This document shows positions 22,165-63,875 of a DNA stretch of 64,000 nucleotides, in pieces. The stretch comes from Isurus oxyrinchus (lineage: Eukaryota). The stretch lies in contig JANJGN010000002.1 in the NCBI GenBank assembly GCA_026770705.1, positions 2,294,001 to 2,358,000 of the forward strand, given 5' to 3'. Both the position numbers and the translations under genes were made by a program. Below the pieces are notes generated by a model. The model saw nothing but the letters and a program-made list of their open reading frames with translations. It was not told where the DNA came from and ran no database searches. Position 1 is the first letter of the stretch; every line of letters begins with the position of its first letter.

Positions 22165-25100
22165 TTGGACAGTGTTGGGTCAATTTTGTCCATGTTGGAC
22201 AGTGTTGGCTCAGTTTTGTCCGTGTTGGGAAGTGTTGGGTAAGTTTTGTCCATGTTGGACAGTGTTTGGTCAGTTTTGTCCGTGTTGGGTAGTGTTGGGT
22301 CAGTTTTGTCAGTGCTGGACAGTGTTGGGTCAGTTTTGTCCATGTTGGACAGTGTTGGGTCAGTTTTGTCCGTGTTGGACAGTGTTGGGTCAGTTTTGTC
22401 AGTGCTGGACAGTGTTGGGTCAGCTTTGTCCGTGTTGGGAAGTGTTGGGTAAGTTTTGTCCATGTTGGACAGTGTTTGGTCAGTTTTGTCCATGTTGGAC
22501 AGTGTTGGGTCAGTTTTGTCCATGTTGGATAGTGTTGGGTCAGTTTTGTCCATGTTGGACAGTGTTGGCTCAGTCTTGTCCGTGTTGGGAAGTGTTGGGT
22601 TAGTTTTGTCCATGTTGGACAGTGTTGGGTCAGTTTTGTCAGTGCTGGACAGTGTTGGGTCAGTTTTGTCCGTGTTGGGAAGTGTTGGGTCAGTTTTGTC
22701 CATGTTGGACAGTGTTGGCTCAGTTTTGTCCGTGTTGGGAAGTGTTGGGTAAGTTTTGTCCATGTTGGACAGTGTTTGGTCAGTTTTGTCCGTGTTGGGT
22801 AGTGTTGGGTCAGTTTTGTCAGTGCTGGACAGTGTTGGGTCAGTTTTGTCCATGTTGGATAGTGTTGGGTCAGCTTTGTCCGTGTTGGACAGTGTTGGGT
22901 CAGCTTTGTCCGTGTTGGGAAGTGTTGGGTAAGTTTTGTCCATGTTGGACAGTGTTTGGTCAGTTTTGTCCATGTTGGACAGTGTTGGGTCAGTTTTGTC
23001 CATGTTGGATAGTGTTGGGTCAGTTTTGTCCATGTTGGACAGTGTTGGCTCAGTCTTGTCCGTGTTGGGAAGTGTTGGGTTAGTTTTGTCCATGTTGGAC
23101 AGTGTTGGGTCAGTTTTGTCAGTGCTGGACAGTGTTGGGTCAGTTTTGTCCGTGTTGGGAAGTGTTGGGTCAGTTTTGTCCATGTTGGACAGTGTTGGCT
23201 CAGTTTTGTCCATGTTGGATAGTGTTGGGTCAGTTTTGTCCATGTTGGACAGTGTTGGCTCAGTCTTGTCCGTGTTGGGAAGTGTTGGGTTAGTTTTGTC
23301 CATGTTGGACAGTGTTGGGTCAGTTTTGTCAGTGCTGGACAGTGTTGGGTCAGTTTTGTCCGTGTTGGGAAGTGTTGGGTCAGTTTTGTCCATGTTGGAC
23401 AGTGTTGGGTCAGTTTTGTCCATGTTGGATAGTGTTGGGTCAGTTTTGTCCATGTTGGACAGTGTTGGCTCAGTCTTGTCCGTGTTGGGAAGTGTTGGGT
23501 TAGTTTTGTCCATGTTGGACAGTGTTTGGTCAGTTTTGTCAGTATTGGGTAGTATTGGGTCAGTTTTGGCAATGTTGGGCAGTGTTCGGTCAGTTTTGTC
23601 AGTGTTGGGTAGTATTGGGTCAGTTTTGGCAATGTTGGACAGTGTTGGGTCAGTTTTGTCCATGTTGGACAGTGTTGGGTCAGTTTTGTCAGTGTTGGGT
23701 AGTATTGGGTCAGTTTTGTCCATGTTGGACAGTGTTGGGTCAGTTTTGTCCATGTTGGACAGTGTTGGGTCAGTTTTGTCAGTGCTGGACAGTGTTGGGT
23801 CAGTTTTGTCCGTGTTGGGAAGTGTTGGGTCAGTTTTGTCCATGTTGGACAGTGTTGGGTCAGTTTTGTCCATGTTGGACAGTGTTGGGTCAGTTTTGTC
23901 CATGTTGGACAGTATTGGCTCAGTCTTGTCCGTGTTGGGAAGTGTTGGGTTAGTTTTGTCCATGTTGGACAGTGTTTGGTCAGTTTTGTCAGTATTGGGT
24001 AGTATTGGGTCAGTTTTGGCAATGTTGGGCAGTGTTCGGTCAGTTTTGTCAGTGTTGGGTAGTATTGGATCAGTTTTGGCAATGTTGGACAGTGTTGGGT
24101 CAGTTTTGTCCATGTTGGACAGTGTTGGGTCAGTTTTGTCAGTGTTGGACAGTGTTGGGTCAGTTTTGTCAGTGTTGGGTAGTATTGGGTCAGTTTTGTC
24201 CATGTTGGACAGTGTTGGGTCAGTTTTGTCCATGTTGGACAGTGTTGGGTCAGTTTTGTCAGTGCTGGACAGTGTTGGGTCAGTTTTGTCCATGTTGGAC
24301 AGTGTTGGGTCAGTTTTGTCCGTGTTGGACAGTGTTGGGTCAGTTTTGTCAGTGCTGGACAGTGTTGGGTCAGTTTTGTCCATGTTGGACAGTGTTGGGT
24401 CAGTTTTGTCCATGTTGGACAGTGTTGGGTCAGTTTTGTCCGTGTTGGACAGTGTTGGGTCAGTTTTGTCAGTGCTGGACAGTGTTGGGTCAGTTTTGTC
24501 CATGTTGGACAGTGTTGGGTCAGTTTTGTCAGTGCTGGACAGTGTTGGGTCAGTTTTGTCCATGTTGGACAGTGTTGGGTCAGTTTTGGCAGTGCTGGAC
24601 AGTGTTGGGTCAGTTTTGTCCATGTTGGACAGTGTTGGGTCAGTTTTGGCAGTGCTGGACAGTGTTGGGTCAGTTTTGTCCATGTTGGACAGTGTTGGGT
24701 CAGTTTTGTCCATGTTGGACAGTGTTGGGTCAGTTTTGTCCATGTTGGACAGTGTTGGGTCAGTTTTGTCAGTGTTGGGACAGTGTTGGGTCAGTTTTGT
24801 CAGTGTTGGGACAGTGTAGGGTCAGTTTTGTCAGTGTTGGGACAGTGTAGGGTCAGTTTTGTCAGTGCTGGACAGTGTAGGGTCAGTTTTGTCAGTGTTG
24901 GGACAGTGTTGGGTCAGTTTTGTCAGTGTTGGGACAGTGTTGGGTCAGTTTTGTCAGTGTTGGGACAGTGTAGGGTCAGTTTTGTCAGTGCTGGACAGTG
25001 TTGGGTCAGTTTTGTCAGTGTTGGGACAGTGTAGGGTCAGTTTTGTCCATGTTGGACAGTGTTGGGTCAGTTTTGTCAGTGTTGGGACAGTGTTGGGTCA

Positions 25101-26230
25101 GTTTTGTCAGTGTTGGGACAGTGTAGGTTCAGTTTTGTCAGTGTTGGGACAGTGTAGGTTCAGTTTTGTCAGTGTTGGGACAGTGTAGGGTCAGTTTTGT
25201 CAGTGCTGGACAGTGTTGGGTCAGTTTTGTCAGTGTTGGGACAGTGTTGGGTCAGTTTTGTCAGTGTTGGGACAGTGTAGGGTCAGTTTTGTCAGTGTTG
25301 GGACAGTGTTGGGTCAGTTTTGTCAGTGTTGGGACAGTGTAGGGTCAGTTTTGTCAGTGCTGGACAGTGTTGGGTCAGTTTTGTCAGTGTTGGGACAGTG
25401 TTGGGTCAGTTTTGTCAGTGTTGGGACAGTGTTGGGTCAGTTTTGTCAGTGCTGGACAGTGTTGGGTCAGTTTTGTCAGTGTTGGGACAGTGTAGGGTCA
25501 GTTTTGTCAGTGTTGGGACAGTGTAGGGTCAGTTTTGTCAGTGCTGGACAGTGTTGGGTCAGTTTTGTCAGTGTTGGGACAGTGTAGGGTCAGTTTTGTC
25601 AGTGTTGGGACAGTGTAGGGTCAGTTTTGTCAGTGCTGGACAGTGTTGGGTCAGTTTTGTCAGTGTTGGGACAGTGTTGGGTCAGTTTTGTCAGTGCTGG
25701 ACAGTGTTGGGTCAGTTTTGTCAGTGTTGGGACAGTGTTGGGTCAGTTTTGTCAGTGTTGGGACAGTGTTGGGTCAGTTTTGTCAGTGTTGGGACAGTGT
25801 TGGGTCAGTTTTGTCAGTGCTGGACAGTGTTGGGTCAGTTTTGTCAGTGTTGGGACAGTGTTGGGTCAGTTTTGTCCATGTTGGACAGTGTTGGGTCAGT
25901 TTTGTCAGTGCTGGACAGTGTAGGGTCAGTTTTGTCAGTGTTGGGACAGTGTAGGGTCAGTTTTGTCAGTGTTGGGACAGTGTTGGGTCAGTTTTGTCAG
26001 TGTTGGGACAGTGTAGGGTCAGTTTTGTCAGTGCTGGACAGTGTTGGGTCAGTTTTGTCAGTGTTGGGACAGTGTTGGGTCAGTTTTGTCAGTGTTGGGA
26101 CAGTGTTGGGGTCAGTTTTGTCAGTGTTGGGACAGTGTAGGGTCGGTTTTGTCCGTGTTGGGACAGTGTAGGGTCAGTTTTGTCTTTGTTGGCCAGTGTT
26201 GGGGTCAGTTTTCTCAGTGCTGGGCAGTGT
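22165..26230. repeat. About 4-kb satellite-like array of 30-bp units grading into mixed 30/31-bp units
   Basis: Unit AGTGTTGGGTCAGTTTTGTC(CATGTTGGAC/AGTGCTGGAC/CGTGTTGGGA); 31-bp variant ...AGTGTTGGGAC from about 24780. Confidence 0.98.
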
Positions 26231-26357
26231 TTTGTCACTGCCCAAGACCAGCAAAGCACCAAAACATCTGAGGGAGACAGTGCAGCAAGGCTCTTGCTAA
26301 CTGACTCCATGGCCAGGATTGTATTGCCCCTCCTGCCCAGTGAGATATTACAATCCC

Positions 26358-26995
26358 GCACTGTTGGAGGGTCAGTACTGAGGGAGTGCTGCACTGTCAG
26401 AGGGTCCGTGCTGAGGGAGTGCTGAACTGCCAGAGGGTCAGTACTGATGGTGTGCTGCACTGTCAGAGGGTCAGTACTGAGGGTGTGCTGCATTGTCAGA
26501 GGGTCAGTAGTGAGGGAGTGCTGCACTGTTGGAAAGTCAGTACTGAGGGAGTGCTGCACTGCCAGAGGGTCAGTATTGAGGGAGTGCTGCACTGTCAGAG
26601 GGTCAGTACTGAGGGAGTGCTGCACTGCCAGAGGGTCAGTACTGAGGGAGTGCTGCACTGTCGGAGGGTCAGTACTGAGTGTGTGCAGCACTGTTGGAGA
26701 GTCAGTACTGAGGGAGTGCTGCACTGTCGGAGGGTCAGTACTGAGGTGTGCAGCACTGTTGGAGAGTCAGTACTGAGGGAGTGCTGCACTGTCGGAGGGT
26801 CAGTACTGAGGGAGTGCAGCACTGTCAGAGGGTCAGTACTGAGGGAGTGCAGCACTGTCAGAGGGTCAGTACTGAGGGAGTGCTGCACTGTCGGAGGGTC
26901 AGTACTGAGGGAGTGCTGCACTGTCAGAGGTGTCATCTTTTGATGAGACATGAAACTGAGGCCTTGCCTGCCCTTCAGCTGGATGTAAATGATTC
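26358..26995 (+). repeat. 33-bp minisatellite (about 17 copies) running into DeuSINE core sequence
   Basis: Unit CAGTACTGAGGGAGTGCTGCACTGTCAGAGGGT, then tgtcatcttttgatgagacatgaaactgaggcc. Confidence 0.92.
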
Positions 26996-27059
26996 CAGAC
27001 CACTGACCTGATCAGAGACACCAGCAGCAGTCGTGCTCAATCTAATATCCTGCAATAGA

Positions 27060-28940
27060 AATGTTCTGATCCCAGTCACTCTTTCATGCCGTTGATTTCT
27101 TCATCACTGTAATTTTGCGGATGTTATCTTTAGTGAATCCCTGTTCCTGACTCAATCCCAGTTTGTTTGGGATGTCGACCGTTCTGACCTCCTCCTCGTT
27201 GGTAAATATTGACAGGAAGAAATTGTTCATCAGGTTCACCATTTCCTGATTTTCATCGACAATGTCACCATTATCAGTTTTCAAGGGCACATTATCCTGA
27301 CCACACTCTCTTTTGCCTAAAATCGTTACTAAATTGTTTTGTGTTGATTTTGATAGGAATGCAGGAGCATAGGAGAGGGGTAGGCCATTCAGCCCATCGA
27401 GCCTGCTCTGCCATTCAGTTAGATCGTGGTTGATCATCCACCTCAACATCAATTCCCGCACTATCCCCATATCCCTTGATGTCATTAGTCTCCAGAAATC
27501 TATCGATTTCTGTCTTGAACAAGCTCAATGAATGAGCTTCCTCAGTCCTCTGGGGTGGAGAATTCCAAAGATTCACCACCCTCTGAGTGAGGAAATTTCT
27601 CCTCATCTCTGTCCTAAATGGCCTACCCCTTATCCTGAGACTGTGCCCCATGGTTCTAGACCCCTCCCCAGCCCAGGGAAACATCCCATCCATATCAGCC
27701 CTGTCGAGCCCTGTAAGAATTTTGTAGGTTTCAATGAGATCACCTCTCATTCTTTGAAACTGTGGAGAATACAGACCCAGTCTCCTCAGTCTCTCCTCAT
27801 TAAACAGCCCAGGGATCAGCCTGGTGAACCTCCATTGCACTCCCTCTATGGCAAATATATCCTTCCTTAGGTGAGGAGACCAAAACTGTACACAATACTC
27901 CAGGTGCGGTCTCACCAAGGCTGTATCCAATTGCAGCAAGACATCTTTACTCTGTTACTCAAATCTTCTTGAAATGAAGGCCAATATACCATCTGCCTGC
28001 TTAATTGCTTGCTGCACCTGCAAACTAGTTTTTAGTTTTTTAAAAAAATTCATTCACAGGATGTGGGCTTCGCTGGCTGGGCCAGTGTTTATTGTCCATC
28101 CCTAGTTGCCCTTGAGAAGGTGGTGGTGAGCTGCCTTCTTGAGCCGCTGCAGTCCATGTGATGTAGGTACACCCGCAGTGCTGTTAGGGAGGGAGTTCCA
28201 GGATTTTGACCCAGCGACAGTGAAGGAACGGCGATATATTTCCAAGACAGGATGCTGAGTGACTCGGAGAGGAACTTCCAGGTGGTGGTGTTCCCATCTA
28301 TCTACTGCCCTTGTCCTTCTAGATGGCAGTGGTCGTGGGTTTGGAAGGTGCTGTTAAAGGAGCTTTGGTGACTCATGAGCAAGGCCATCCAGGGTCCCTT
28401 TGGACATCAACACTCCCAACATCTCACCATTGAAGAAATACCCTGTCTTTCTGTTTTATCTCCCACAGTGAATAACTTCATGCTTATTCACATGTCCCAT
28501 CTGCCATATTCTGGCCCATTCACTGAGCCTGTCCACATCCTCTTGAACCCTCCTTTCATCCTCCCCGCAAGGCCATAAGATCACAACTGACATTCCTACC
28601 TAGTTTTGTGTCATCAGCAAATTTGAAAATATTACATTTGTTCCTCACATCCAAATCATTGCTTTAGATTATGAACAGCTGTGGCCCCAGCACTGATGCT
28701 TGATGGTACCTCACCAGTAACAGCTTGAGAATGACCTGTTTATTCCTGCTTTCTGTCTGTTACCAATTCTCAATCCACACCAGTATATTATCCCCCATCC
28801 CATGTGTTCTAATTTTGCTTACTAACCTCCTGTGTGGGACCTTATCAAAAGCCTTCTGAAAATCCAAGTAACATCCTCAAAAAACTCCAACAGGTTTGTC
28901 AAACATGATTTTCCTTTCATAAATCCATGTTGACTCTGTC
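27060..28940 (-). mobile_element. CR1 fragments with a nested second-family LINE 3' end (about 28043-28372)
   Basis: ORF 27415..27939 LVRPHLEYCVQFWSP...RGDLIETYK; nested tail ggatgtgggcttcgctggctgggcc. Confidence 0.85.
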
Positions 28941-30029
28941 CAGTTTTACCACTTATTGAATTTTAATATTTTCAACAGCTCCAATTGCATCTGCTGCTAG
29001 AAAATTGGCCAAATAGGATTTCACATGCATACTATTTGTTTGCCTTCATGTATACACCATATTAAATAAGATAAAATATTGGTGATATTCTCTGTAACTT
29101 CTGTGGTAACAAATTTAAAACATTCAAACTCTGATTTTAAGTGTGAATTCGCATTTTGTGAAGGATAGACAAAGAACTCAACTGTAGCAAAATAAGTTCC
29201 AAATTGCAATCTACTTTTCAGAAAAAAGAAATAGTTCATATAAGATTTCAGAATGAACAAGGCAAAGGGGGATAGCTTTAAGAAATTGATGCCCTAAATT
29301 GCCTAGAATCAGGAACAGCTCACAGGCTGTAAGGATAAAGTGATGGAAATAGTTTCACTGAGAAGTAGAGTTTGGAGAGAAAGGAATTAAGCTTGTGGAG
29401 ATCTAGCCTGGACAGTAATCACTGTTACTGCCTTTTAAAAATACACCTGCTGAGCGAATAAAACTGTCTTGTTTTAGATCCGGTCTCATCAATCACTACG
29501 GCTTGAGAGTGCGTCAGCTTGTCACAACACACAGAGTGAAAATTACAACGCAATTGCTTGTGATACAACAGAAAGAGAGAGACAGAGAGAGAGAGTAAAA
29601 TAAAGCTAAATGGTTAATTTGTCCTGAAAATAAGTGTTCAGATAACAAACAAAAGCTTTTAGAAAAACACAGTATTTATTTGACTGAGAAATCAGTGTTG
29701 TCACATCTCGGGTAATACAATTTTTAAATGAGCTTCTGATGAGTTGCAAATAATGGGATTAACGTGACGGTGACATAATCTCAACACATGGAAAGCGCAG
29801 TGTGCAGTGTGGCTGACGTTACACTGGATCAGACACCCAAGCACCTCCTGATCATACATTTCTGCCTGTAACCATGGATACCCTGACATCATTTATAGCT
29901 CCCAAAGATCCAAAGAGATGTTGAAGAGAATGCTGCCTTAAAAAACATCTAGAACTCATGTCCTGGGTAGTCGTCCTCTCTTCCTAACTGGGTCTTTGCA
30001 CTTCTACAGTGCTCATTTTGTATCACGCT

Positions 30030-30420
30030 CAACTTCTGAATCAGAACGCTGTGGTTCCAAAACACTCCAGAAGTCCCACGGGTCATTTATGATGACACAA
30101 CAGTGCTGAGGAAGTGCTGCACTGTCAAAGGTGCTGTCTTTCGGTTGAGACATTAAACTGAGGCCTTTTCTGCCCTCAGGTAGATATGAAAAACCCTGTA
30201 ACGCTATCTGAAGTAAAGCAGGGGCTGGGCCAGTATTTATCCCAACATACAGATTATCCGAATATCATCACGTTGCTGTTTGCTGTGTTCAAACTGGCTG
30301 CTGTGTTTCCCTACTTTACATGAGTGCCTGCATTTCAAAGATAGTTAATTAGCTGTGAAGCACTTTGAGAAACCCCAAGGTTGTGAAAGAGCCTATATAA
30401 ATGCAATCTTTGTCTTTCTG
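30030..30420 (+). mobile_element. DeuSINE copy
   Basis: gtgctgcactgtcaaaggtgctgtctttcggttgagacattaaactgaggcc core; tail ctatataaatgcaa. Confidence 0.7.
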
Positions 30421-30629
30421 AAGAACGCATTGGAGACGATGTGCCAGTGAGGGCAACGCCAAGCAGTGACCCTGTAAAAGCAGCCCGTCACTGCTGACAC
30501 CTGACATTCTTCCTCCCACCACACCTGGTTATCCACCATGCACCACCCACCATGTCAGGTCAGCTTACCCGGGCGCAGGTGCGGCCAATGTTATTAGGAA
30601 ATGAAGAGTTATTAGGAACATGAATGTCT

Positions 30630-30925
30630 TGTGGCACAGTAGGTGGTATCTCTGAGTCAGAAGCTCTGGGTTCAAGTCCCACTCTAGGACTTAATGGCCA
30701 TGGAAGGTGCGTTCATCATGTGGCCAAACAGGTTGATTAGCAAACTGTAAATCCTTCCAAAATGCCTGATGACAGGCGGTCAGAGCCGGAGAGTTTCCTG
30801 CTCAGCTATGCTGCAGAAGGCAACGGCAAACCATTGCAGTACTTTACCAAGCATCATCATGGACTGATCCAGTGAAGTCCATGGTGGCCAATGCCCTCTT
30901 CGAGCCATGGTACCTGGAGGAGGAC
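30630..30925 (+). mobile_element. tRNA-headed SINE with an RTE-like tail
   Basis: gggttcaagtcccac box B; gaaggcaacggcaaaccattgcagta tail motif. Confidence 0.5.
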
Positions 30926-33053
30926 GAAAACAAATTAAATGCTCCTCTCTTTTACCACTGCAAAGCTTTTTGATAGCCGGTGGCTTCTCAGATGAGGCTG
31001 GGTTTTTGTTTTTGACTTTCCCAAGGCTCTAGACCTCGATTTCCCTACCTGCATGCAGCCAGTTAATATCAATTACACCCATGGCCACAGTGGGTAGCTC
31101 ACTCGCATGAAGCATAGACAGCTGCATGCTTTGAGGGAAATGAGTGAGATCAGTAGTGGAGATGCACGTTTGAAACAGGTTCAAGAAAGGCTCTCAGCAC
31201 CAGGTGTCACCACAGGATGAGTCCCCAGTTTCCCAAAGTCTCTTATCCTTACAACACAATCAGAATTTTCAAGCAGAAGTCATAATGCTCAGTACAAAAG
31301 GAAACAAGCTTTAAAGGATATGATGTAAGAAAGATTATCACTGTAAAACATACCTTAGAGTGTGAGAAACCTGGCTCATTAACTAGAAAATTAATTTCCT
31401 CTCTATTCCTGTGTAATATGGAACTGCAGGGAGTTGCAGTGTTCTGGTGTAAGTAGATCTCTTGAGGTTTTCTTGACAGTTTTTCACCAGTTTCCCACCA
31501 GATCTCTCAAGGATTCACGGGCTCTTTACGTTAGTGGATGACTCGGTGTCTGTCGCTGGCTGAATCTTCCACATTAACCAGTTCATTAGGCCTTGAGATT
31601 TATTCTATCAGGATCAAGTGTAACATCCCAAACCACCATCTTACAGGGACAGTATTACAATCCCAGAATTTTCAGCATGTCCCAAGGAAACATGCTCAGT
31701 TCCAGGTCAGAAAACAAAGACCACGGGGTGGTATTTTCACTTTGGGGCTGGGGAGCAGGAACCAGGACTTTTTGGGTCCTGAACCCACCCCTTTCCCTGG
31801 CAAGAAACATTCACTCATTGGAATTTTGCCTGCGGCCCCCCCCTTTTTATCAGCATGGAGACAGGTTCCCTGTCCAATCAAAGGCAGCAGATGGGCTCTT
31901 GAAAAGGGCTAATTAGAGGCCTTCTACCTTCAGAGGAGCAGCTGGCTACTTCGACATAGCTGCACCCTTACCAGGCAGGCAGGGAGGGCCTGAAGAACCA
32001 CCCACCAACCCTGCTCTGCCACTGGGTGCCCACCTCCAGGCAGTTAAACAGCCCCCACTGCATCGGGAAACTGGAGGCTGACTGGGAAACCCCATTCAGC
32101 GTTCCTTCAACTGAGGTTAACAAGGCTCTCAATGAGCCTAATTGGCTTTCCGTCTCATGGGGAGGAAGATTCTTACTGGGCCTTGAATGCTCCTCCACTA
32201 AAACGGCCAGTACCAGGAAGAGTCTCGGGAAATGGCGTGCTGACCAGTGCTGCTATTTTTGGGGCCTGTCCACCTCTGTTCCCAGCCCCACTGAAGCTCG
32301 AAGGTTCTTCCCCACCATGCAACAGTATGTCACGTTCTACAGGGTCCAATTAACAGAACCGAGTCAAGCCAGACTCAGCAAGGCCAGTGCGAAGCAAGAT
32401 GGGCCGAGAGGGCATTGCAGATAGAAAAGCAGGACGTTATTATCAAAATCTCACAGCCATGGGGCCTAGAAACACAGAAAATAGGAGCAGGAGTAGGTCA
32501 TTTACCCCCTTCGAGCCTGCTCCCCCATTCAATATTATCACGGCTGATCCGCTATCTCAAGGCCATACTCCCACTCTCTCCCCACACCCCCGGTGCCTTT
32601 AGAGTCTAGAAATCTATCTATTTCCTTCTTAAATATATTCAGGGACTTGGCCTCCACAGCCTTTGGTGGTAGAACCACAGAGCAGTAACAAGCAACAACG
32701 GGAAATACTTCAACAGTTGTGGTGGGGCTTGGGGTTTAGTGGAAGGGCTGATCTCCATTCTACTGGGTTCCTGATATCAGTTGTAAGTCTGTGTGTAGGA
32801 CAAAGGAGACAGCAGCTGGAGTAGTGAAAAATCAGACTGACCATTGACCCAGAGCTACTCATACGAGGTCATGAGCAGTTAACACAGAGCAACGGAGCAT
32901 GAATCTTCGGCTGAAGTCAGGTGTCAGCCTGATCTCAGTAGCTGCATCTTTTAGGAAGGCCAAGATAAAAGGCTGGAACTTTGCAAATCTTCTCACAAGT
33001 TTGAACAATCAGATCCAAAGCCCTGAATGCACAGTGTGTTACAGGGTAGAAAT

Positions 33054-33529
33054 AGTCATTCGGTCGTACAGGACGTGAGTATTGCTGAAATAAAGAAACA
33101 CGTCAAAGCTTTTAGTTTTACACTCATCAGGACACTTTGCAAGAACACTAATATAAGGGGGGAACAACAATTTATACTGCATGAGAAGAGAGTGCTAATT
33201 AATTTGCACTTGGACCCTGATTGTTAGAGGCATTGCCATGGAGAATGCACCAGTGATGGTGACTGACCGTTAACTGCTAAGCATTGTTCGAAATTTAAAC
33301 CAGACAGCTTGACCCTGATTGGTCAATGCTGCCTGGTTTAAAGTCAGTCACCATCACTGGCGCACTCTCCATGGCAACACTTCTACCAGAGTCCACTTGC
33401 CAACCAATCAGCACTCTCTTCACATACAGTATAAATTGTTGTTTTCCCCTCATACTGGTATTCTTGTGAAGTGTCCTGATGAGTGTAAGATGAAAAGCTT
33501 TCACGTGTCTCTTTATTCAGCAATTCTTA
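33054..33529. mobile_element. Palindromic Penelope-like (family B) pLTR-only insertion
   Basis: Two inverted pLTR arms; direct repeat AGGGTAGAAAT at 33043-33053 and 33530-33540. Confidence 0.85.
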
Positions 33530-34424
33530 AGGGTAGAAATTCTAATTCTTGGATCGATGATTGTCCAGCCCAACTAGGCAACATCAGTAAACATTCCCAA
33601 ACCTATAACTACCAAATCTCTCATTTTCTCACAACCATAAATAAAATAATTCACAGTCACCCATTAACAGGAACAGTTAATGTCTCCATTCTTGTTGCTC
33701 CTGGCATTTTGGCAACATACTCTTAACTCACCTCTTAAAGGTTATAAAAGAGATATGCAGAGATTAATCATCAATCACCGAACATCTAATCATTAGCAAG
33801 ACAAACATCTCAAGCTGATTGTTTTCTGATCTCAAGATGAGAAGTGAGGAATGAACCTCGAGGCTATTTAACATCTGCGTAACAGCCAATCATGCCACTC
33901 AGCCATAGGTCCAAATATTCAGCATGGGGCTGTATTTACAGAGTGGATCTCTTGACATTGAGCAAAATGAACACAAGGATACAGATTTTCTTCTTGTCTT
34001 ACTTCGCACTTCTAGATTTCATCAGTCGGACCCTAATTAAGCATTTCAAGCTCGACTTCAGTTACTCCTCAGTGTCCTGAGCTTTGTTAAAATGCCAGCA
34101 CTTCCTCTAAACATTATCTGCCAAGGGTTATTTCAACTACTTAACACATTTCATAAACCTGGTTGAAATGCATCATTGTTTTGACTTTTACATGGAATTA
34201 CCTGGATTAAAATTATGCATAGCCCCTCCACCATTCCACACAAAAGCATTTTTTTATCCCATGAAGATGGTTCCCAGTTTCAGTTAATGAACGCCCTCAT
34301 TCCCCTACCCTGGGTAGAATCCCTTCCCCATTCTGTTTTAAGTCTTGTTACTTCAGCTTGGCCTGGTGGATGACTGTCTCTCTCCTGTCTCATGCTGCTG
34401 CTGCCTGAATTGATCAAGCTGCCG

Positions 34425-62423
<27,999 letters not shown>

Positions 62424-63065
62424 TCAGGATAAATAGATTGTTCAACTCCATCTCTCATAGAGCAGTGAACACGGAGCCAAGGCACTCGTACATTCATATT
62501 TTTCATAAATGTTTGTCATCACTAAGATGACGTATGTAGTAATGATGAAGGTATTTTTCTCACGAGTTGCACCTCATTTCGACATCAAACACTCCCAGGA
62601 CAGGTACAGCACGGGGTTAGATACAGAGTAAAGCTCCCTCTACACTGTCCCATTGAGGAAGCTGATGCATAGTTCAGGTGAGGAGAGGGATCCCTGACTG
62701 GGATCAGCTGTTTGAATGTTGCTGAAGGTTGAAATTACTCACAAACATTTCGATGGTTAATATAAAGGAAAGGTCTTGCAATTTCTTTCACAACTTCAGA
62801 ACGTCCCAAAACATTTCACGGCCAATGAAATAGATTAAAAGTTTAGTCATGTTGTATTGTAGAAAAGAAGGCAGTCAACTTACGCAAAGCAAGATCCCAC
62901 AAACAGCAATGGGATAATACGATGATCTGCTTTAGAGGTGTTGTTTGAGGGACACTGGGGAAAGCTCCCCTGCTCTATTCAACATAGCGCCATTACACAC
63001 TCCTGGGGGGATGGGGGGGTTGGGGGGAGCAGATTTGGTTTTGGCTTAATAACCAATAGGAGGAA

Positions 63066-63875
63066 CAGTGCTCCCTCAGTACTGACCCTCTAACAGTGCA
63101 GCACTCCCTCAGTACTGACCCTCTAACAGTGTGGCACTTCCTCAGTACTGACCCTCTAACAGTGTGGCTCTCCGTCAGTACTGACCCTCTAACAGTGTGG
63201 CACTCCCTCAGTACTGACCCTCTAACAGTGTGGCACTCCCTCAGTACTGACCCTCTAACAGTGTGGCACTCCGTCAGTACTGACCCTCTAACAGTGTGGC
63301 ACTCCCTCAGTACTGACCCTCTAACAGTGTGGCACTCGCTCAGTACTGACCCTCTAACAGTGTGGCACTCCCTCAGTACTGACCCTCTAACAGTGTGGCA
63401 CTCCCTCAGTACTGACCCTCTGACAGTGTGGCACTCCCTCAGTACTGACCCTCTGACAGTGTGGCACTCCCTCCGTACTGACCCTCTGACAGTGTGGCAC
63501 TCCCTCCGTACTGACCCTCTGACAGTGTGGCACTCCCTCAGTACTGACCCTCTGACAGTGTGGCACTCCCTCAGTACTAACCCTCTGACAGTGTGGCACT
63601 CCCTCAGTACTGACCCTCTAACAGTGTGGCACTCCCTCAGTACTGACCCTCTGACAGTGTGGCACTCCCTCAGTACTGACCCTCTAACAGTGTGGCACTC
63701 CCTCAGTACTGACCCTCTGACAGTGTGGCACTCCCTCCGTACTGACCCTCTAACAGTGTGGCACTCCCTCAGTACTGACCCTCTGACAGTGTGGCACTCC
63801 CTCAGTACTGACCCTCTAACAGTGTGGCACTCCCTCAGTACTGACCCTCTGACAGTGTGACACTCCCTCAGTACT
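63066..63875 (-). repeat. 33-bp minisatellite (about 24 copies) inside a minus-strand DeuSINE (about 62770-63970)
   Basis: Unit CTCCCTCAGTACTGACCCTCTRACAGTGTGGCA, the reverse complement of the 26358 array unit; SINE head to the right and SINE body to the left. Confidence 0.93.

Noticed and set aside
22136-24819. Long ORFs of 648, 867 and 627 aa (e.g. DKTDPTLSNM repeats) as a mucin or antifreeze-like gene
   Set aside because: They are by-products of a stop-free 30-bp tandem unit, open in several frames on both strands. There is no signal peptide, splice context or unique domain, and the frame breaks where units become 31 bp.
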